Shown: positions 1-9,912 of the stretch, one piece after another
How the letters are laid out: every line of letters begins with the position of its first letter
Numbering within the stretch: the stretch's first letter is position 1
DNA from: Bacteroidota bacterium
GTDB taxonomy: Bacteria; Bacteroidota; Bacteroidia; AKYH767-A; OLB10
DNA length: 64,000 nucleotides
Assembly: GCA_018268195.1 (NCBI GenBank)
Contig: JAFDWZ010000002.1
Coordinates: 11,791-75,790, forward strand
Direction: 5' to 3'
Program-made: the position numbers and the translations under genes
Notes under the pieces: model-generated
What the model was told of the DNA's origin: nothing
The model's database searches: none
What the model saw: only the letters and a program-made list of their open reading frames with translations

Positions 1-2
1 AA

Positions 3-1838
3 AGTGCTGACAGCGGACTGGATTCGCTTGTGCGCCTTGATACAGCCGGTTCAAAACTGAAAGCAGGAATTATATACAGAGAAAGTATTTTGCAAGGCGA
101 CAGAGAGCGGCTGTCGCAACTTTTACGGAACAATGGATATTATCAGTTTTCGCCTCAGTATGTGAGTTACAGAGTTTATACTTCCGACACTACACAGAAT
201 CTAATTGTTTTTCAGGACGTAAGCATGGCTGATAATGCCGATACTTCTCAGGGAGTGAAGTTTATTCCTCACAAAAAATTTTATCTCAACAGGATTATTT
301 TCAATCCTGATTACGATCCCTTGAGAGTAGAATCCATCACTCAGAAATTTGACAGCGTTTATTACAAAGACTACATTTTTCTGAAATATCAGAGTAAAAA
401 ACTTCCTGTACGGCCCGAGGTAATTGCAAATCATACGTTTTTCAGAAAAGGTAACGTATTCAGACAGCGCAATTCCGATTATACTTATAAGAGTCTGAAT
501 CTTCTCGGATTGTACAGATTTGTAAACATTAACTACGAACTTAGCTATCCCGACAGTAACTTGCTGGATTGTTTTGTCAATTTGGGTACATCATCCAAGC
601 AGGAATATGTAACTGAGATTGAAGGTACCAATAACGGGGGCAACCTGGGTGTTGCAGGAAACTATACCTATCGCAACAGAAATGTTTTCAGAGGTGCGGA
701 GATATTTGAATTTAAATTACGCGGAGCGCTGGAGTCGCAAAAAAATTTCACAACCGAAGAAGAAAGAAGAATATTATATTTATTCAACACTTATGAATTA
801 GGGGTAGAAAGCTCTATACATTTGCCAAAAGCTATAGGCGCTATTCAACGATTATTTAAACGTAAGGCTGCAAATCCAAATACTGTTTTTTCTGCCAATT
901 ACAATATTCAGAACCGCCCTGAGTTCAACCGCTCTATTCTTGAATTTTCAGCAGGTGTGGAATGGCGCAAAGGCATGTATGTAAAACATATTGTTACTCC
1001 TTTTCAGGTGAATTTTGTAAATGTGAAGTTAAGCCCTTCGTTTGAGAGTGAATTACTCAGCCTGAATGATCCGGTGTTGTACAGCAGTTATCAGAATCAC
1101 CTTATCACCAATGGACGTTACAGTTTTATCTATAATAATCAAGTGCTGAATGTGTTGAAAAATTTTGTGTTTTTCAGAGCTAATGCGGAGTTTGCAGGAA
1201 ACACCTTGCAGTTGTTTAGCGAGATAAATAAATCACCAAAGAGTGACCAGGGAAGCTATCAGGTGCTGAAAAAAAATTATGCGCAATATTTCAGACCTGA
1301 TGTTGATTTCAGACTTTATCAGACATTAAATGAGCACAGCACAATCGTTTATCGTATAGCAGGAGGTATTGGCGTGGCTTATGGCAATTCGAAAATCATG
1401 CCTTTTGAAAAGAGCTTTTATGCAGGTGGCTCCAATGATTTGAGAGCCTTCAGAGCAAGAAATGTTGGCCCCGGAAATTTCAGGAGTGATAATAACTTTG
1501 AACGCACCGGAGATATTAAACTGAATGCAAATCTCGAATACCGCTTTGATATTCTTAAAATTCTGAAAGGAGCGTTTTTTATGGATGCAGGAAACATTTG
1601 GCTACGAAAAAAAGATGCATCACGCCTGAATGCAGAGTTTGATATAAATCGGTTTTACAAACAACTCGCTGTAGGTAGTGGGGTAGGCTTCCGATTCGAT
1701 TTTACATTTTTTATTTTCCGTTTTGATTTAGGTGTGCCTATTGTGGATCCGCAATATGGACAAGGACAAAATGTGGTGGTAGGCAATCTTAAACTGAAGA
1801 GTTTGATTTCAAACTTTGGGATAGGTTATCCTTTTTAA
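3..1838 (+). CDS. BamA/TamA (Omp85, surface antigen D15) family outer-membrane protein, 5'-truncated by the window edge
   Basis: The frame is open from nt 3 with no stop before the first Met at 30, so the N-terminus lies upstream. A POTRA-like segment (ILQGDRERLSQLLRNNGYYQF) is followed by a long beta-barrel region ending in NFGIGYPF, an aromatic C-terminal OMP signature. Confidence 0.8.
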   Translation, partial: SADSGLDSLVRLDTAGSKLKAGIIYRESILQGDRERLSQLLRNNGYYQFSPQYVSYRVYTSDTTQNLIVFQDVSMADNADTSQGVKFIPHKKFYLNRIIFNPDYDPLRVESITQKFDSVYYKDYIFLKYQSKKLPVRPEVIANHTFFRKGNVFRQRNSDYTYKSLNLLGLYRFVNINYELSYPDSNLLDCFVNLGTSSKQEYVTEIEGTNNGGNLGVAGNYTYRNRNVFRGAEIFEFKLRGALESQKNFTTEEERRILYLFNTYELGVESSIHLPKAIGAIQRLFKRKAANPNTVFSANYNIQNRPEFNRSILEFSAGVEWRKGMYVKHIVTPFQVNFVNVKLSPSFESELLSLNDPVLYSSYQNHLITNGRYSFIYNNQVLNVLKNFVFFRANAEFAGNTLQLFSEINKSPKSDQGSYQVLKKNYAQYFRPDVDFRLYQTLNEHSTIVYRIAGGIGVAYGNSKIMPFEKSFYAGGSNDLRAFRARNVGPGNFRSDNNFERTGDIKLNANLEYRFDILKILKGAFFMDAGNIWLRKKDASRLNAEFDINRFYKQLAVGSGVGFRFDFTFFIFRFDLGVPIVDPQYGQGQNVVVGNLKLKSLISNFGIGYPF

Positions 1839-1846
1839 AAAAAAAG

Positions 1847-2233
1847 TTACCAATCTAAAAAATCATCCAGCGCACGTCTTTCTTTTTTGGTTGGTCGTCC
1901 TTCGCTATTATTGCGATAGGCTCTCACTGCCATGGCATGTAATTTCATGCGCTCAAGTTCTTCGGCAGGAGTACAGTCGCTGCAGAATTCAGCTACTGAT
2001 TTTGCTGCCAGCCTGTTTTCGGTGAGCTGAAGCACTTGATAGCACAAACGAAAAGCACCTTTGCGCACATGAATTATCTCACCTCCTTTAATCATCCGTG
2101 ATGCTTTCACGGGAGCATCGTCTATGAGTATTTTACCTTTCTCACAGGCATCAGCTGCCATGGATCGCGTTTTGAAAATACGTACTGCCCATAACCATTT
2201 GTCTATTCGTAATTTTTCAGGTGCAGTTTTCAT
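1847..2233 (-). CDS. S4-domain RNA-binding protein, Hsp15-like
   Basis: S4 domain sequence RIDKWLWAVRIFKTRSMAADACEKGKILIDDAPVKASRMIKGGEII. The 128-aa size is typical of Hsp15/YrfH. Its ATG overlaps the tex stop codon (ATGA). Confidence 0.8.
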   Translation of the reverse strand: MKTAPEKLRIDKWLWAVRIFKTRSMAADACEKGKILIDDAPVKASRMIKGGEIIHVRKGAFRLCYQVLQLTENRLAAKSVAEFCSDCTPAEELERMKLHAMAVRAYRNNSEGRPTKKERRALDDFLDW

Positions 2234-4368
2234 AGTTGCGAAACTCCTTTCATGCTAAGTTGAATTCGTTTGGTTGCAACATCTACTGAGAGGACTTTTA
2301 CTTTTACATGCTGATTTAGTTTTACAACCGATGACACTTCGCTGATGAATTCATCTGTAAGTTGCGATATGTGCACCAACCCACCTTGCTTAATTCCTAT
2401 ATCTACAAATGCACCGAAATTGGTGAGGTTGGTTATCACTCCGGGCAATATCATTCCTTCCTGAAGGTCGTTAATACTTCTTACACTTTTGTCAAATTCA
2501 AACACTTTGATGATACCCCTAACATCTCTGCCGGGTTTACGCAGTTCGTCCAAAATATCATTCAATGTAGGTAAACCGATTTCTTCGGTCTGATATTTTT
2601 CAGGGTTAATTTGCTGTATTGCAGTTTTATTTCCTATGAGTTGCGCCACATTCATTTTAAGGTCCGCTGCCATTTGTTCCACAATAGCATAATGCTCCGG
2701 ATGCACAGCACTATTGTCTAATGGATTTGCAGCTTGTGGTATTCTTAAAAAACCACAGCATTGCTGAAATACGACCGGGCCTAAACCTTTTATTTTTAAC
2801 AAGTCATTTCTTGATGTAAATCCTTTACTGCTGCGCTCGTCAACAATTTTTTTTGCCATAGAGCTTCCCAAGCCCGAAACGAAGGTCAACAGTTTTTCGC
2901 TTGCCGTATTCAGATTAACGCCAACGGAATTTACGCAGTGTTCAATGGTCTGACTCAATTCTTCTTCAAGTAGGGACTCTTCCACATCATGCTGATATTG
3001 GCCTATTCCCATTGATTTCGGATCTATTTTTATCAGTTCAGCCAACGGATCCATCAGTCTCCTGCCAATAGATACGGCTCCTCTTACAGTAACATCGTAG
3101 TCAGGAAATTCTTTCCTCGCTTCTGAAGAAGCGGAATACACAGATGCACCATCTTCATTTACGCTAAACAATTGTACTTTACGGTCGAAGTGCAGTCGCT
3201 GAATGAACTGTTCGGTTTCGCGGCCTGCTGTACCATTCCCAACAGCAATAGCTTCTATCTGATACTGACTTACAAGTGTTGTGATTTTTTGTGCAGCTTG
3301 TTTATGTTGCTCTTGCGGAGGATGTGGAAAAATAGTTTCGTTATGTACAAGTTTTCCTTGCCTGTCGAGGCAAACGATTTTGCAGCCTGTACGAAATCCC
3401 GGATCAATAGCCAACACATTTTTCTGTCCTAGGGGAGGAGCCAGTAAAAGTTGTTGCAGATTAACCGCAAAAATTTTTGCTGATGAAATATCGGCTTTTT
3501 GTTTATAGTAACGCAATGTTTCATTTTCTAATGAAGGATAAAGCAATCGCCTGTAAGCATCAGCCAAAGCAGTTTCAGTTTCCTGCCCCGAAATACGAAC
3601 TGATTGTGTAACTATTTGTCTGGTTTTCTGCAGAGCAGTTTTTTCATCAGGTTCAACAGCAACGCGAAGGAATTTCTCGTTTTCACCTCTCAGTATTGCC
3701 AGCAGGCGATGTGCTGCACATGATTTTATTTTCTCTTTATAGTCGAAGTAATCTTTGTATTTAATGGCTTCTTCTGCTTTTGTTTTTATGACCGATGAAG
3801 AAATTATTGCCTGATGTAAAAACAGTTTTCTCAGTTCCTGACGTACCTCTGCATTTTCACTGAAGGTTTCAGCAAGAATATCGCGCGCTCCTTGCAGAAT
3901 AGAATTTTCATCAGGATACATCTCCGACTTAAATTGCTGAAGTTGTTTTTTTGCGGAGGATTCATTTTTTAGTAACATATCCGCAAGAGGTTGCAACCCT
4001 GCTTCCCGTGCCTTTTGTGCTCTGCTTTTTTTCTTCTCCTTAAATGGAAGGTATAAGTCTTCAAGAATTTCCGCAGTGGCAGCGTTTTCAATTGATAGAA
4101 GAAGTTCCCGGGAAACTTTTTTTTCAGAAAGTCTCTGTAAAATATATTTTTTACGTTCGATAAATTTTTCGGCCTCACGAATTCTTTTCTTCAAATCGAA
4201 AAGCTGTTCATCGGTAAGCCCACCGGTTTTTTCCTTACGGTAACGGGCAATAAAAGGAATAGTTGCTCCGCCTTCAAAAAGCAGAATAGTGTTTTGTAAT
4301 TGTTGTTTACTTATTCCGGTTTCTTTGGCAAACTCAACAAGCAAAGCAGCTTCACTTATGAAACCCAA
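2230..4368 (-). CDS. tex: Tex-like transcription accessory protein (YqgF/RuvC-like core, HhH, C-terminal S1 domain)
   Basis: Motifs IPFIARYRKEKTGGLTDEQL, LAIDPGFRTGCKIVCLD and LKIKGLGPVVFQQCCGFLRI, plus an S1 domain GVITNLTNFGAFVDIGIKQGGLVHISQL. The start assigned by the ORF track is TTG at 4368. Confidence 0.9.
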   Translation of the reverse strand: MGFISEAALLVEFAKETGISKQQLQNTILLFEGGATIPFIARYRKEKTGGLTDEQLFDLKKRIREAEKFIERKKYILQRLSEKKVSRELLLSIENAATAEILEDLYLPFKEKKKSRAQKAREAGLQPLADMLLKNESSAKKQLQQFKSEMYPDENSILQGARDILAETFSENAEVRQELRKLFLHQAIISSSVIKTKAEEAIKYKDYFDYKEKIKSCAAHRLLAILRGENEKFLRVAVEPDEKTALQKTRQIVTQSVRISGQETETALADAYRRLLYPSLENETLRYYKQKADISSAKIFAVNLQQLLLAPPLGQKNVLAIDPGFRTGCKIVCLDRQGKLVHNETIFPHPPQEQHKQAAQKITTLVSQYQIEAIAVGNGTAGRETEQFIQRLHFDRKVQLFSVNEDGASVYSASSEARKEFPDYDVTVRGAVSIGRRLMDPLAELIKIDPKSMGIGQYQHDVEESLLEEELSQTIEHCVNSVGVNLNTASEKLLTFVSGLGSSMAKKIVDERSSKGFTSRNDLLKIKGLGPVVFQQCCGFLRIPQAANPLDNSAVHPEHYAIVEQMAADLKMNVAQLIGNKTAIQQINPEKYQTEEIGLPTLNDILDELRKPGRDVRGIIKVFEFDKSVRSINDLQEGMILPGVITNLTNFGAFVDIGIKQGGLVHISQLTDEFISEVSSVVKLNQHVKVKVLSVDVATKRIQLSMKGVSQL

Positions 4369-4396
4369 GGCAGAAGTTGTTTAAATAAAATGAAAG

Positions 4397-4783
4397 TTAT
4401 TGAGCGAAACCTTCGTTAATCCACTTCTCTATAATGGCAATAGATTCGTTGCTCAGTTTAGGAGCCATACGAGGCATCGCTTTTACACCACTTTCATGTT
4501 TTATGGATGCCAGCAACTTGTTTTTGATGCAGGCATCTTTAACCATTTCATAGTTGCTCAAGTCTATATCATGAGCTTTTTTCACTGCGCTATGGCATTT
4601 CGTTCCACAAGCAGCATCAATTATGGGTTTTACATTCGCTGTATAAGTAGGATGCTCAGGAATTGTTACAGCAGTTGTGGTAGTTGTTTTTTTTGTGCTC
4701 TTACAGGACGACAAGGTGAACACCTGCATAACAGCCAAGCCACAAAAAATGGCTAAAACAGAAAGTGAAACAGACTTTTTCAT
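4397..4783 (-). CDS. Small lipoprotein with a cytochrome-c-like (PSCyt1-type) module carrying a CX3CH motif
   Basis: Lipobox (FTLSSC) and a Thr-rich linker, then PIIDAACGTKCH ... AMPRMAPKLSNESIAIIEKWINEG. This resembles planctomycete-type cytochrome c modules, but the Cys spacing is CX3CH rather than CXXCH. Confidence 0.45.
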   Translation of the reverse strand: MKKSVSLSVLAIFCGLAVMQVFTLSSCKSTKKTTTTTAVTIPEHPTYTANVKPIIDAACGTKCHSAVKKAHDIDLSNYEMVKDACIKNKLLASIKHESGVKAMPRMAPKLSNESIAIIEKWINEGFAQ

Positions 4784-4975
4784 ACTCTTTTTATTTTTTT
4801 GGAACTACAATTTTACTGATAATTTCTTAATTGTAGAATTGATTTGGCTGCCGATGAACATAAAACCTGTAATACGTATCATTATTTTAGGGCTTTACCG
4901 CCTCTGTGAGGGTTATCCACAAAGGATTGTTTACAGTTCGTGATTGCACTATAAAATTTATTGCACCTTCACTGC

Positions 4976-4983
4976 TAATTTTG
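4976..4983 (+). promoter_or_regulatory. Bacteroidota -7 promoter box (TAATTTTG) upstream of the glucosaminidase gene
   Basis: Exact match to TAnnTTTG, 42 nt upstream of the ATG at 5025. Confidence 0.4.
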
Positions 4984-5024
4984 TACAATAACCATCATTA
5001 TTTTAAGTTTAAATTAAAAACAAT

Positions 5025-5999
5025 ATGCTTTTTACCCGTCATTTAAAATCAGCATTCATTTTGCTTGCTGTTCCTGCTTTTACGATGGCACAGCGTATGT
5101 CAACTGAAGAGTATATTTCCCGATACAGGGAAGATGCGATAAAAGACATGGTTAAAACAGGAGTTCCTGCATGTATAACCTTGGCTCAGGGCATTCTGGA
5201 AAGTGAAAGTGGTAACAGTAAATTAGCTCAGAATGCCAATAATCATTTCGGGATAAAATGTCATAAGGAATGGGATGGGAAAACCTTTCATCAGGATGAC
5301 GACACTAAAGATGAATGTTTCCGGAAATACAAAACAGTGCTTGAATCTTATGATGACCATTCGGACTTTCTAAAAACACGCAGCCGCTATGCCTTTTTAT
5401 TCGAGCTTGATAAAACCGATTATAAAGGTTGGGCTCACGGTTTGAAAAAGGCCGGCTATGCTACCAATCCCAAATATGCCCACCAGCTAATTGATTTGAT
5501 TGAGCGATACAATCTTGTTGATATCAACAATGAAGCTATTGCACGAATGAATGGAGCACCGGCAACTCCTAATAATGCATTAGTTCGTGAGGTGAGTGTG
5601 AAGGATAAAAATGTTGCTTCAAAAGACGACCGCAATGTTACAACCACAATAAACATTACTCCACCAACTTACTACGCTGAGCAGAATAATGTGAAATATG
5701 TAGTTTCAAAAAAAGGAGATTCTTGGGTGAGTATTGCCAAAGAGAATGAAATGATGCTTTGGCAGGTATTGAAATATAACGATGCATCACGTGATGATGA
5801 ATTGCATGAAGGCACAATTGTGTATATCAAACCTAAGCGACATTCAGCTGCACAAAAATATCATGTAGTGATGCCGGGCGAAAGTTTGCGCGATATTTCG
5901 CAGATGTATGCCATTAAACTCAACAGCCTTTATAAAAAGAATCAGATTGAACCCGGAACTGTTGTACAACCCGGAACCAAACTGAAACTCAGCAACTGA
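5025..5999 (+). CDS. Secreted N-acetylglucosaminidase (GH73/FlgJ-type) with two LysM domains
   Basis: Signal peptide, the glucosaminidase motif ITLAQGILESESGNSKLAQNANNHFGIKC, and two C-terminal LysM repeats (YVVSKKGDSWVSIAKENEM... and HVVMPGESLRDISQMYAIKLNSL...). Confidence 0.85.
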   Translation: MLFTRHLKSAFILLAVPAFTMAQRMSTEEYISRYREDAIKDMVKTGVPACITLAQGILESESGNSKLAQNANNHFGIKCHKEWDGKTFHQDDDTKDECFRKYKTVLESYDDHSDFLKTRSRYAFLFELDKTDYKGWAHGLKKAGYATNPKYAHQLIDLIERYNLVDINNEAIARMNGAPATPNNALVREVSVKDKNVASKDDRNVTTTINITPPTYYAEQNNVKYVVSKKGDSWVSIAKENEMMLWQVLKYNDASRDDELHEGTIVYIKPKRHSAAQKYHVVMPGESLRDISQMYAIKLNSLYKKNQIEPGTVVQPGTKLKLSN

Positions 6000-6022
6000 A
6001 AAAAATATTTAATGAGTGATTT

Positions 6023-6059
6023 ACAGACTGAACCACTCGTTCAGTCTGTTTTATTTTTT
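6023..6059 (+). terminator. Rho-independent terminator after the glucosaminidase gene
   Basis: ACAGACTGAAC-cactc-GTTCAGTCTGT forms an 11-bp perfect stem and is followed by TTTTATTTTTT. Confidence 0.75.
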
Positions 6060-6064
6060 GGGAT

Positions 6065-7747
6065 ATGAAGGTAACGGTAGTCATTACATTTTTTTTACTA
6101 AGTATGTATGCTTATGGTCAATCTGCCTGGCAGCCTTATCCTCCTATGTCATTACAACCTGTACTTAAAGGTAATTATGGCGAACTCAGAAATAACCATT
6201 TTCATTCAGGAATAGACATGAGTACGAAGGAAAAAGTAGGACAGGCAGTCAGGGTATCAGATAACGGTTTTGTTTCGCGGATTAAAGTAAGTGAGTATGG
6301 TTATGGTAAAGCAATTTATATTGATCATCCCAATGGATATACAACTGTTTATGGACATCTGCATCACTTTGCACCTGCCATTGAAGCATTAGTACGTGAG
6401 GAGCAGTTAAAACAGCAAAAGTTCAGTGTTGAGTTGTTCCCAGGAAAAGGAGCAATTACTGTGAAGCGAGGTGATACCATTGCATGGTCAGGAAATTCAG
6501 GTGGATCCGGAGGCCCGCATTTACATTATGAAATCAGAGATACTAAAACTGAAAAGCCACTGAACCCACAGCGATTTATTACCAATGTTGCGGACACCAT
6601 TGCGCCCTTGCTTAAATCAATAACTGTTTACGCAATGAATTTGGATTTTACTCAGGTGAATGAACTTGCAACACTAAAACCATTGCGTAGGTCAGCATCT
6701 GAATTTGTGGTCGAGAGTCCGGTGAGTACATCGGCAATAGCAGGCCTGGGTTATTCCGCTGTTGACTATGCAAATGACGACAGTGCATGGCTCGGGGTTT
6801 ATGAAATGACTTTATATGTCGGAGAGCAAATGATATATGGCTACAGAATGGAGAATTTTGCTTTTGACGAAACCAGAAACATCAACGGACATATTGATTA
6901 TGCAAAAAAACAAAGTAAGGGAATTGTTTCTGAATACTGTTTTCGCCTGCCCGGAAACACATTTAGTCAATACCGGCATGTTGTGGAAAATGGTGTAATA
7001 AGAATGGATAGTTTGAAGTCGGTTACTTTAAAGCTCGTTTTGAAAGACATCAAAGGAAATTCAGTTACATGCCTTATTCCGTTGAAATATGATTCGCAAA
7101 TAAGATTGCAGCAGTCTGAGTCAAAAGGTCAAAAGGTGTTTTACAACAGAAAAACTGAAATTGATAAAGATGGATATCGTCTGACTATTCCTGAAGGGAC
7201 ATTGTTCAGGAATATTTTTTATTCAGATAGCGAAATGAAAATCGAGAAAGGTTTTTATTCGAAGCGATATAAATTGTTTGATGCCAATGAACCAATAAAG
7301 AAAAATTTGCCACTGGCAATTAAAGTGAAAAATACGCATTCGGAATTAACCGGTAAACTATTACTGGCAAAAATTTCAGATAAGGGTTTATTGTCAGCAG
7401 AAAGCAGCATTTATAAAAACGGATTTGTGAGCGGAAACATCAGCACCTTTGGTACCTATGTTGTCACCATTGATACCATTCCTCCGGTTATAGGAAAACA
7501 TACAATGGAATATGATTCTCTTTACAATTGCCGGGTAATAGCAATTAAGGTAAAAGATAATTTATCGGGTATTAAGACTTATTCCGTTAAAATAAATGAC
7601 AATTGGTATTGGAGCGAATATGATTTTAAAAACGATAGAATACTCATTTATCTTACTCAGCCTTTTAGTGGCACACTGAAACTTGAAATTACAGTAGGTG
7701 ATGGAAAAGAAAATTTTTCTGTATCAAAACAAGAGGTGAAACTTTAA
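6065..7747 (+). CDS. M23/LytM-family metallopeptidase with a long C-terminal extension
   Basis: Signal peptide and zinc-site motifs HFHSGIDM, GHLHHF and GGPHLHYEIRD. The remaining ~380 aa have no recognisable motif. Confidence 0.85.
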   Translation: MKVTVVITFFLLSMYAYGQSAWQPYPPMSLQPVLKGNYGELRNNHFHSGIDMSTKEKVGQAVRVSDNGFVSRIKVSEYGYGKAIYIDHPNGYTTVYGHLHHFAPAIEALVREEQLKQQKFSVELFPGKGAITVKRGDTIAWSGNSGGSGGPHLHYEIRDTKTEKPLNPQRFITNVADTIAPLLKSITVYAMNLDFTQVNELATLKPLRRSASEFVVESPVSTSAIAGLGYSAVDYANDDSAWLGVYEMTLYVGEQMIYGYRMENFAFDETRNINGHIDYAKKQSKGIVSEYCFRLPGNTFSQYRHVVENGVIRMDSLKSVTLKLVLKDIKGNSVTCLIPLKYDSQIRLQQSESKGQKVFYNRKTEIDKDGYRLTIPEGTLFRNIFYSDSEMKIEKGFYSKRYKLFDANEPIKKNLPLAIKVKNTHSELTGKLLLAKISDKGLLSAESSIYKNGFVSGNISTFGTYVVTIDTIPPVIGKHTMEYDSLYNCRVIAIKVKDNLSGIKTYSVKINDNWYWSEYDFKNDRILIYLTQPFSGTLKLEITVGDGKENFSVSKQEVKL

Positions 7748-7761
7748 TAAGTAAGCCTGAA

Positions 7762-8640
7762 TTAAACCAATTCGTTTAAAGAGAATGCAACATTCATTCG
7801 GATTCCTTTTTCAGTTTGTTGCAGGGTGCAGCATTCGTTTACAGGATCATGTTCAAAAAATAGTTGCCAGTTATTCTGCACGGCAGTTTTCAAAAAAGCT
7901 TCTTTCTCTTTCAGAGTTATCAAAGGCCTGGTGTCATAAGCCATCACATAAGGTAAAGGAATATGTCCTACCGAAGGCAATAAATCAGCCATAAACACTA
8001 CCTGTTTATTTTTATATGGAATTAACGGAAGCATCATAGCATCGGTATGGCCACGTGCTACGATAACTGAAATGTCAGAATGAAAATTGGTATTGCTAAG
8101 TATTTCTAAATTTGAATCTGCAGAAGTACTTCCTTCAATAAATTTTAACTGACCACTTTCCTGAATGGGTAGAATATTTTCTTTCAGAAAACTTGCTTTC
8201 TCTCTTGCATTCGGCTCGGTAGCCCATTGCCAGTGATCTTTATGACTCCAGTAGGTTGCATTCTTAAAGGCCGGAATAAAACCTGATTTATCTGAATTAT
8301 GTTTAATGCTGCCTCCGCAATGGTCGAAATGAAGGTGAGTGAGAAATACATCAGTAATATCATCAGCCGAAACTCCGGCTTTCTTTAAGGATGAATCAAG
8401 GGTTGCGTCACCATGCAGATAATAATGCGAAAAGAATTTTTCATTTTGCTTATCGCCAATACCATTGTCCACTAATATGAGTCGTTTACCATCCTCTATC
8501 AGCATACATCGCATAGCCCAGGTACACATGTTTTTGTCGTCAGCGCGGTTCAGGTTATTCCAAATAGATTTTGGAACGACACCAAACATGGCTCCACCAT
8601 CTAATTTAAAAAAACCGGTGTCAATCGTTCGAAGATTCAT
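7762..8640 (-). CDS. MBL-fold metallo-hydrolase
   Basis: Contains the HxHxDH motif (THLHFDHCGG). Its start overlaps the 3' end of the upstream membrane-protein gene by 20 nt. Confidence 0.8.
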   Translation of the reverse strand: MNLRTIDTGFFKLDGGAMFGVVPKSIWNNLNRADDKNMCTWAMRCMLIEDGKRLILVDNGIGDKQNEKFFSHYYLHGDATLDSSLKKAGVSADDITDVFLTHLHFDHCGGSIKHNSDKSGFIPAFKNATYWSHKDHWQWATEPNAREKASFLKENILPIQESGQLKFIEGSTSADSNLEILSNTNFHSDISVIVARGHTDAMMLPLIPYKNKQVVFMADLLPSVGHIPLPYVMAYDTRPLITLKEKEAFLKTAVQNNWQLFFEHDPVNECCTLQQTEKGIRMNVAFSLNELV

Positions 8641-9910
8641 TTCTTATAAAGTATTTTTTGTATTGAAGCATAAAAATATAAAATCCTGCAATCAGAAAGG
8701 GCAGGAGCGGGGCTTTAAATCGCAGAATAGCCGCTTCTAATGCACAAGTGTAACCAACCAGTGAATAAAATAAATACAATAGCAGAAACAATGCGAAATT
8801 AAGCCGCGCATATTGATTGCGCCAACTGAAAGCCGCAAGAATATTGACAATTACAAAAACCATCACTAATAGATTTTCTACAGCAGCACCTTTCCAGCGA
8901 AGCCCTGTTTTGTCGAAGTGAAAAGCAGGAGTAAGTACAGTTTGCAAAAATGCTTTAGGTGAATTTTTTATAACACTCACCATATTAGGAGCAATCACCG
9001 GTGGCTGAATATAACTCTCGGCTTTTTCATAAATTGAATTTTTCATGGAACTCTGTTGAACCAGAGCAATGGTTCCTGCAACATCACGATGAAGAATCTG
9101 ATTGAAAATAAATATGCCGATAAACGAATAAACTATTACAACCATTACCGCAACAGCATGCGATAGCCAAAGTTTTTTATTGAAATAATTTTTAACAATC
9201 ACGTAGCCGATTAAAGCCGGAGTTAGGAATAAAACAAAATGAGGTTTTATCAGCCACAAAAACAGATAAAGAATGACAGTAATAATTTTCATTCGCGAAG
9301 AATTACCAAATTGTGTTAAAAGGAACATAAACATTCCTGCAATGGCTATTAACAGTGTTTCTTTTAGAACTCCGGAGCTAAAAAATACGACTGAAGGAAA
9401 AAGCATTAGCATGAGGTAAAGTACAAATCCATTCGATTTGGTAAGTGCTATGGTTGCTTTGTAAATTCCGGTCAAGCCACAAAAGGATAGAAAACTAAAA
9501 ATCACAGAATGAACAAGCATATTCGAAAAAGCCATGAAGTGTATTAATGACGAAATTTTTATCATAGTTTCATTGTCGTTCCATGATGGCAATCCCTTCC
9601 AGTTAAGCAAAGAATAATACTCTGTACGGTTGCTGTCATCGTAAATTCCTGCCATCAGTTTCAGGTATTTTAGCGGGTGTTGCAGCGCATATTCGTATAA
9701 GGTTCTGCCGGCTTCGTAAAAAAACATTCCATCATCACCACTGTAAATTCGCTCTGCATGAAAGGTGATGATAATTCCCGCAAAAGCTTTAATGATAAAT
9801 AATGTACAGATGAATGCTCTGGACATATTCGGCAAACTGAAAAAATTGTTATAACTAATGAACCAGCATAACAAAAGAATGTAGATGAAAGGCAGAATAA
9901 AAATTTCCAT
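8621..9910 (-). CDS. Polytopic inner-membrane protein, paralog A (function unknown; possibly GT-C-like glycosyltransferase or polymerase)
   Basis: About 10-12 hydrophobic helices. It shares blocks with the adjacent gene: VHSVIFSFLSFCGLTG / VHAVIYCFLSFIGLTA, FPSVVFFSSGVLKETL / MPSVLFWGSGLLKDSL, LIKPHF / LIKFHN, ENLLVMVF / ENLLIVFL, ILRFKAPLLPFL / IVRYKIQALPFL. Confidence 0.7.
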   Translation of the reverse strand: MEIFILPFIYILLLCWFISYNNFFSLPNMSRAFICTLFIIKAFAGIIITFHAERIYSGDDGMFFYEAGRTLYEYALQHPLKYLKLMAGIYDDSNRTEYYSLLNWKGLPSWNDNETMIKISSLIHFMAFSNMLVHSVIFSFLSFCGLTGIYKATIALTKSNGFVLYLMLMLFPSVVFFSSGVLKETLLIAIAGMFMFLLTQFGNSSRMKIITVILYLFLWLIKPHFVLFLTPALIGYVIVKNYFNKKLWLSHAVAVMVVIVYSFIGIFIFNQILHRDVAGTIALVQQSSMKNSIYEKAESYIQPPVIAPNMVSVIKNSPKAFLQTVLTPAFHFDKTGLRWKGAAVENLLVMVFVIVNILAAFSWRNQYARLNFALFLLLYLFYSLVGYTCALEAAILRFKAPLLPFLIAGFYIFMLQYKKYFIRNESSND

Positions 9911-9912
9911 AA

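Noticed and set aside
4913-4921. A perfect DnaA box (TTATCCACA) in the divergent intergenic region upstream of the glucosaminidase gene.
   Set aside because: It is a single copy. A given 9-mer is expected about 0.5 times by chance in 64 kb on both strands. There is no box cluster, AT-rich unwinding element or dnaA/dnaN nearby, so this is not an origin.
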